From Candidatus Methylomirabilia bacterium (lineage in GTDB: Bacteria > Methylomirabilota > Methylomirabilia > Rokubacteriales > CSP1-6): a DNA stretch of 11,590 nucleotides. A program made the translations under genes and the position numbers. Below are positions 7,396 to 11,590 of this stretch, one piece after another (position 1 is the stretch's first letter; every line of letters begins with the position of its first letter). The DNA lies in assembly GCA_041497895.1 (NCBI GenBank), contig JBGQHJ010000154.1, positions 1-11,590 of the forward strand, written 5' to 3'. The notes below the pieces were generated by a model. That model was given only the letters and a program-made list of their open reading frames with translations, did not search any database and had not been told where the DNA came from.

Positions 7396-8268
7396 CTAGA
7401 GCAGGCCGGGCACGAACGCGTCACGCCCGCGCACGTACGTCGCCTGTCGCTGGGCCGCGTTGCGGTTCACCAGCGGACGCATATACATCGGATGCGTCGC
7501 GCAGCGCACCTCGTGCTCGATCTCGGAGCGCTGCGCGCCCCCGTCCGGATCCACGATCACCTGGAAGCGGTACTGATAGGGATTGCTCTCCTCGGTGACG
7601 AGGCTCCGCTGGACGAGCCAGTCGTGCGGCCCGGAGAAGTCGGCGATGTAGATCGCGACGTGGTGGCCGTCGTAGGGCGCGATCGGCGCGTCGGTCTCGC
7701 GGAACACCATCTCCTGCCGGTAGCCCACGCTCACCCGCGCGGCCGCGCCTTGATCGTCCTGGGTCACGCACGCGGTCGCGCGCAGCGCCTGCTGGTAGAA
7801 GCGGGCGACGCCCGCGGCGGTGCCGCGCGCCACCGGCACTTCCACGCGCCCGATACCGAGCGTGATGTCGGCCCACTCCGGACCGGGTCCCACGCACCGG
7901 AACTGGTTGCCCCACGGACAGGTGACCGCCACGTGCTTGTCCCTCACCTCGTAGGCGAAGGCGGTCCCCGCCAGCGCCTGGCGCACCGAGGCGAGCCGCC
8001 GAGTGAGCGCGTCCAGGTCCGGCACGATCAGCTCCACGTGCCCCTGCAGGACGTTGGGCTTACCGGTGGGCAGGTGGAACTGGGTCTGCCCCGCGTTGGC
8101 CCACATGTTCTCCACGCTCACCATCAGGTAGGGATCGCGCGTCAGCCCGAGCCCCGCGATGTAGAAGAGCGTGGCCGCCTGCTGATCCGGCACGCGAACG
8201 TTCACGTGCTCCAGCAGCAAAATGTTACCGAGATCTTGCTCCCGCCGATCGTAGGTCATCGCCGCCAT
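7396..8268 (-). CDS. VOC (glyoxalase/bleomycin-resistance/dioxygenase-like) superfamily protein, two-domain (290 aa)
   Basis: LEHVNVRVPDQQAATLFY..GLGL, QFHLP, GHVELIVPDL, CPWGNQFR, and a second module ARFYQQAL...GHHVAIYI...IEHEVR. SD GAGGAGG before ATG 8268. Confidence 0.75.
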   Translation of the reverse strand: MAAMTYDRREQDLGNILLLEHVNVRVPDQQAATLFYIAGLGLTRDPYLMVSVENMWANAGQTQFHLPTGKPNVLQGHVELIVPDLDALTRRLASVRQALAGTAFAYEVRDKHVAVTCPWGNQFRCVGPGPEWADITLGIGRVEVPVARGTAAGVARFYQQALRATACVTQDDQGAAARVSVGYRQEMVFRETDAPIAPYDGHHVAIYIADFSGPHDWLVQRSLVTEESNPYQYRFQVIVDPDGGAQRSEIEHEVRCATHPMYMRPLVNRNAAQRQATYVRGRDAFVPGLL

Positions 8269-8297
8269 GGCCCGGGCCCCTCCTCTGGCCTGCGGCA

Positions 8298-8306
8298 AGC
8301 ATACTA
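8298..8306 (-). promoter_or_regulatory. Putative -10 element (TAGTAT/TATGCT) for the VOC gene
   Basis: AT-rich TAGTATGCT in a GC-rich context, overlapping the TAG stop of the 72-aa gene, about 30 nt upstream of the VOC start. Confidence 0.4.
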
Positions 8307-8522
8307 CCTCACCCGGGCCACCCGCACCCCCCCATTCCGGCCCGAGGCCCCGTCGCGGGCGAGCCACCGGCCGAGCCGGACCAGGGCGGTCCCCAGACCG
8401 TGAGTCAGGGCCCGCCGGCCTCCCCGGGCCTGGTCCAGCAGGGCCAGCCGAGCGCTCTGCTCCCGGAGCTCGTCGAGGCGGGCCGCCGCCATCTTCTCGG
8501 TGATGTAATCGCTCCCGTTCAT
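8304..8522 (-). CDS. Small hypothetical protein (72 aa)
   Basis: SD AAAGGAG 8 nt before ATG. Predicted charged helix plus an amphipathic helix (LGTALVRLGRWLAR). Confidence 0.7.
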   Translation of the reverse strand: MNGSDYITEKMAAARLDELREQSARLALLDQARGGRRALTHGLGTALVRLGRWLARDGASGRNGGVRVARVR

Positions 8523-8538
8523 GATCGCGCTCCTTTCT

Positions 8539-8943
8539 CTAGGCCGCCCGGCTGAGGCGGCCGGTGGGCCGCGACGAATCCGGTGCCAGGACCCGCCGGA
8601 CCGGACGGGCGTCCTGCGGAATCAACACCACGCGAAGGCGAGGCGGCTCCTGCCGGTCGAGCCGCCGGAACAGGTCGTTCGCGATCCGGGCGATGGAGCC
8701 GACGGTGGCCTCGCGGGAGAGCGCCACCCGGACCGACACCACCCAGTCGCCCGACCAGGTCCGGTGGACGTCCGGGGCCGCCGCCGCGCCCAGCTCGCGA
8801 TGGATCGCGTCGGTGAGCGCGATCTGCCTGAACACCCGGGCCTGCCGCCGCCGCTCGAGCGAGCGGGCCAGCGCGAGCAGGCCCCACACCGCCAGGAATG
8901 GAATCAGCGCGATCATGATCGTCGTCTCCGTTCCGAGGCTCAT
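8539..8943 (-). CDS. Hypothetical membrane-anchored protein (134 aa)
   Basis: SD-like AAAGGGG before ATG 8943. N-terminal TM segment (IMIALIPFLAVWGLLALA) followed by an Arg cluster and an alpha/beta region. Preceded by the ECF-like promoter motif. Confidence 0.75.
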   Translation of the reverse strand: MSLGTETTIMIALIPFLAVWGLLALARSLERRRQARVFRQIALTDAIHRELGAAAAPDVHRTWSGDWVVSVRVALSREATVGSIARIANDLFRRLDRQEPPRLRVVLIPQDARPVRRVLAPDSSRPTGRLSRAA

Positions 8944-8979
8944 CGTGTCCGTCCCCTTTCGTGTGCCGTGCGTACACCG

Positions 8980-9010
8980 GCTGAGACACCGGGACCGGCG
9001 GGACGTGAAA
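8980..9010 (-). promoter_or_regulatory. Putative ECF-sigma promoter, copy 2: TTTCAC-N17-GTCTCAGC
   Basis: Same -35 and -10 words and same spacing as the copy upstream of the sigma gene. Intergenic and correctly oriented. Confidence 0.75.
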
Positions 9011-9032
9011 CGCCGAACGGCGACGCGCGGGG

Positions 9033-10001
9033 CTAGGCGGAGAGCGGGTGCAGATCGGGCCGGCAGCTCGTGCAGGGCGCGAAACCGGCGGCCTCGGCGC
9101 GCTCGCGGGTGCCGAACAGCGTGAGATCGGAGAGCGGGTGCGACGACAGCGATCCGCAGGTGGGCAGGCAGTACTCCACCTCTCCGTTCATCAGCGTGTA
9201 CATGGCCTCGCGATGCACCTTGAAGTCGTGGTGGCCGGCCGGCAGGGCCTTCACCCCCTCGACCGCGAGCAGTCGCCGCTTGAGCTCCACTCGCTTGCCC
9301 GCGTATCCGGTGAGATCCCCGGTGCTGCCGATCACGCGGTGGCAGGGAATGACGATCGGCAGCGGGTTCCAGCGCAGGGCCTGGGCCACCGGCCGGACCG
9401 CGGACGGCGCCCCGATGCGGATCGCGATGCCCGAGTAGGAAGTGACCGCGCCGTAGGGCAGCGCGGCGGTGGCCTCGAGCACGCGGCGCTGGAAATCGCT
9501 CCGCATCCGTCGCAGGTCGAGCGCCCAGTCGAGCCGGGCGCGGCGCCCCTCGAGATACTCGATCAGCTCGGCGCGCAGCCCCTCGGTGGCGGCCGGGTCC
9601 TCGACCGCCTCCTCGCCGAGCAGGCGACGCACGTGGCCGCCGAGGGAGCCCGAGGCGGGGAGGTACTGCACGAGCGCCACGCCCACCTCGGAGCGGCCGA
9701 TGAGGAGCGGCCCGAGGGGCGACGGGAAGATCCCGAAGCTCACCATGCGAGAGCGGAGGTCGGCCAGGCGCGCGGTGAGCTGAGCCCGCGCCAGCGTCGC
9801 GTCGTCGCCCGGCAGCGGGGCGCGACGCGCCGCGTGCACCATGCCGTCCACCGCGCGATAGCGCCCGAGCTCCTCCCGGCACTCGCGGCACTCGGCCACG
9901 TGCGCCCGGACCCGCTCCGCCGCGCGCGGCGCCGCCTCTCCCATCGCGGAGGCCAGCAGGTGCGGCTCGATCTCCCGGCAGCTCGCAGGCGTCTTGCTCA
10001 T
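9033..10001 (-). CDS. Fusion protein: zinc anti-sigma (ZAS/zf-HC2) + methylated-DNA--protein-cysteine methyltransferase (Ogt-like) + Ada-type Zn-binding domain (322 aa)
   Basis: C8...H34xxxC38xxC41; SPLGPL, FQRRVL...LPYG...SY..IA..IG.P.AVR, NPLPIVIPC220HRV, GYAG, K..LL..EG; YC278LPTC282...AEAAGFAPC310TSC313RP. The start overlaps the sigma stop (ATGA 10001-9998). Confidence 0.9.
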   Translation of the reverse strand: MSKTPASCREIEPHLLASAMGEAAPRAAERVRAHVAECRECREELGRYRAVDGMVHAARRAPLPGDDATLARAQLTARLADLRSRMVSFGIFPSPLGPLLIGRSEVGVALVQYLPASGSLGGHVRRLLGEEAVEDPAATEGLRAELIEYLEGRRARLDWALDLRRMRSDFQRRVLEATAALPYGAVTSYSGIAIRIGAPSAVRPVAQALRWNPLPIVIPCHRVIGSTGDLTGYAGKRVELKRRLLAVEGVKALPAGHHDFKVHREAMYTLMNGEVEYCLPTCGSLSSHPLSDLTLFGTRERAEAAGFAPCTSCRPDLHPLSA

Positions 10002-10525
10002 GACCGAGACTCCGTTCCCACCGGAAGATGACCGTCCAGGCCCTTTCGGATCTTCCGGAGCGCCTGGAAGACGTGGGCCCGCGCGCTCTCTTCCGAGCAG
10101 CGCAGGCTCGTCCCGATCTCGGCGTAGTCCAGCTCGTGCATCTTCCTCATGATGAAGGCCAGTCGCTGCTTCTTCGGCAGCCCACCGATCACCTGCTCCA
10201 CCCGCGCCCGCGCCTCGTCGGCGATGAGCCGACCATCGGCCCGGTCGGGCGCACCCGTCGGCGCGTCCAGCGCCACCGCCGCATAGGCCCGGCGCCGCCG
10301 CGACTGCGCGCGGAAGTGGTTGCGGCCGAGGTTGGTCGCGATCGTGAACAGCCACGCCCGCACGTTCGCCCCCGGCGGCAGGGCACGGTACGCCCGGAAC
10401 GCGCGAAGGAACGTTTCCTGCGAGAGGTCGTCGGCGTCGCTCGCGCGCGCCGTGACCCGCAGCAGGTAACGCCGGATCTCCGCGTGATGGGCTCCCACCA
10501 CCGCCTCGAAGGCATCCTCTGCCAT
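9998..10525 (-). CDS. ECF-type RNA polymerase sigma factor (175 aa)
   Basis: Sigma region 2 DADDLSQETFLRAFRAY...VRAWLFTIATN; region 4 LPKKQRLAFIMRKMHELDYAEIGTSLRCSEESARAHVFQALRKIRK. Start ATG 10525 (or GTG 10528). Confidence 0.95.
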   Translation of the reverse strand: MAEDAFEAVVGAHHAEIRRYLLRVTARASDADDLSQETFLRAFRAYRALPPGANVRAWLFTIATNLGRNHFRAQSRRRRAYAAVALDAPTGAPDRADGRLIADEARARVEQVIGGLPKKQRLAFIMRKMHELDYAEIGTSLRCSEESARAHVFQALRKIRKGLDGHLPVGTESRS

Positions 10526-10535
10526 CACCCTGCCC

Positions 10536-10566
10536 GCTGAGACCCCGGAGCCCCCCGCCTGTGAAA
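10536..10566 (-). promoter_or_regulatory. Putative autoregulated ECF promoter, copy 1: TTTCAC-N17-GTCTCAGC
   Basis: Lies in the 60-bp gap directly upstream of the sigma start and recurs at 8980-9010. Confidence 0.75.
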
Positions 10567-10585
10567 AGAGTCCCGGCCCCATCCG

Positions 10586-11566
10586 CTAACTCCGCGCGAC
10601 CACGCCACTCTCGACCCGAACCCCCTCCTGCTGCTCCCGCACGAACCGGACCGCCACCACCGTGCTGAGGGCCAGGCTCGTCCCGAGCGACACGAGCAGG
10701 GTCGCCCCCAGGGTCAGCAGCACCGCCCGCTGGCCTTCCAGGATCTGGCGCACCGAGACCGCGAAGACCAGGTTCACCCGCACGGTCGGCATCACCGCCT
10801 GGGTCACGAGCCACTCCTCGCCGTCGATGGCCACGAGGCCGTCCGAGCGGCGCCGGCCGAGCTCCTCGACCACCGGGTGGCTCTTCCAGTCCTGCTGGGT
10901 GACCTGGTGCGTCCGCGGGTCCAGAAAGATCGCCTGCTTGTCCCCGTCGATCATCACCAGCCATCCGCCCGGCCCCGCGGCGGCCTGCTCGATGGCCTCG
11001 ATCGAGGCCTGGAGCCGGATGCTCCCGAGCAGGTAGGCGACGACCTGCTGCTCGATCCGGATCGGCATCGCCGCGCCGACGATGAAGTCGCGGGTGGCCC
11101 GGCCGAAGATGATGCCGGAGACGGCGGGACCCTGGGTGCGGATGGCCTCCTGCAGCAGCGGCCGGTCGGCGTAGCGAAGCGCGAGGTTCGAGCTGCCGTC
11201 GGCCGCGGTGAGCGGGCTGAAGGCCAGCGGGCGCCCGTCCGGCGTCACCAGGAAGAGCGTGGGCATCTGCAGCATCGCCCGCATCGTGTCGAGCTCGCGC
11301 TGGAGCGCGCGCGGCTCGTGGGAGGCCCAGGTCTGGGCCAGGTGGGCGGCCACCGGGCCGAGCGCGTCGAGCTTGTCGCGCACCTGGGCGTCGGCGAGGC
11401 GGGCCAGCACGCGCACGATCTCCTGCCGCTGGGCGCGCGCGTCCGCGAGCGCCTGCGGCTTCAGCCGGAGGGTCCACGCGAGCCCCACCACCAGGAGGGC
11501 GAGGAACGACACCACCGCCCACGTGGAGAGGAGGAAGATCACGTGCGAGCCGCGGAACCCCTTCAT
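10586..11566 (-). CDS. Membrane protein with an extracytoplasmic Cache-like (dCache_1) domain and no cytoplasmic output domain (326 aa)
   Basis: TM1 near the N-terminus, Cache-like motif LFLVTPDG...YADRPLLQEA..T.GPAVSGIIFGRAT..FIVGAAMPI, TM2, then only about 20 aa to the stop. SD GAGGGG. Confidence 0.75.
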   Translation of the reverse strand: MKGFRGSHVIFLLSTWAVVSFLALLVVGLAWTLRLKPQALADARAQRQEIVRVLARLADAQVRDKLDALGPVAAHLAQTWASHEPRALQRELDTMRAMLQMPTLFLVTPDGRPLAFSPLTAADGSSNLALRYADRPLLQEAIRTQGPAVSGIIFGRATRDFIVGAAMPIRIEQQVVAYLLGSIRLQASIEAIEQAAAGPGGWLVMIDGDKQAIFLDPRTHQVTQQDWKSHPVVEELGRRRSDGLVAIDGEEWLVTQAVMPTVRVNLVFAVSVRQILEGQRAVLLTLGATLLVSLGTSLALSTVVAVRFVREQQEGVRVESGVVARS

Positions 11567-11590
11567 GCCGGTCCCCTCATGCGGGTCCCC

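Noticed and set aside
9008..9022. Hairpin CGCC-GTTC-GGCG followed by TTT as a terminator after the Ogt fusion
   Set aside because: Stem only 4 bp and U-tract only 3 nt. The Ts are better explained as the ECF -35.
8944..9891. 450-aa ORF 8539-9891
   Set aside because: Only the last 134 codons look like a protein and have an SD. The rest is an off-frame shadow of the Ogt fusion.
10002..11522. 829-aa ORF suggesting a giant N-terminal extension of the Ogt fusion
   Set aside because: The extension is Arg/Gly/Pro-rich off-frame text overlapping the sigma and Cache genes. The real start is the coupled ATG at 10001.

Overview
GC-rich bacterial chromosomal window with about 14 genes. I see no mobile element, RNA gene or CRISPR array. 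The TonB-dependent receptor indicates a diderm; gene style suggests a soil lineage such as Rokubacteria, which is inference only. Left to right: a truncated + strand ORF; a coupled minus-strand pair (secreted helical protein, then a PD-(D/E)xK nuclease-fold protein); a Rid-family protein lacking the catalytic Arg and carrying a basic tail; a long-chain acyl-CoA ligase divergent from a TonB-dependent receptor/DUF3830 pair; and eight co-oriented minus-strand genes (in transcription order: output-less Cache-like sensor, ECF sigma factor, ZAS-Ogt-Ada-Zn fusion, two small hypotheticals, double-VOC protein, small membrane-anchored protein, Sel1-repeat protein). The most notable feature is an ECF sigma factor translationally coupled to a protein fusing a zinc anti-sigma motif (HxxxCxxC), an intact O6-alkylguanine alkyltransferase (PCHRV) and a C-terminal Ada-type Cys4 zinc domain. 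The motif TTTCAC-N17-GTCTCAGC occurs upstream of both the sigma gene and the two small downstream genes. Together these suggest an ECF/anti-sigma-based alkylation-sensing adaptive response with a local regulon readable from sequence.
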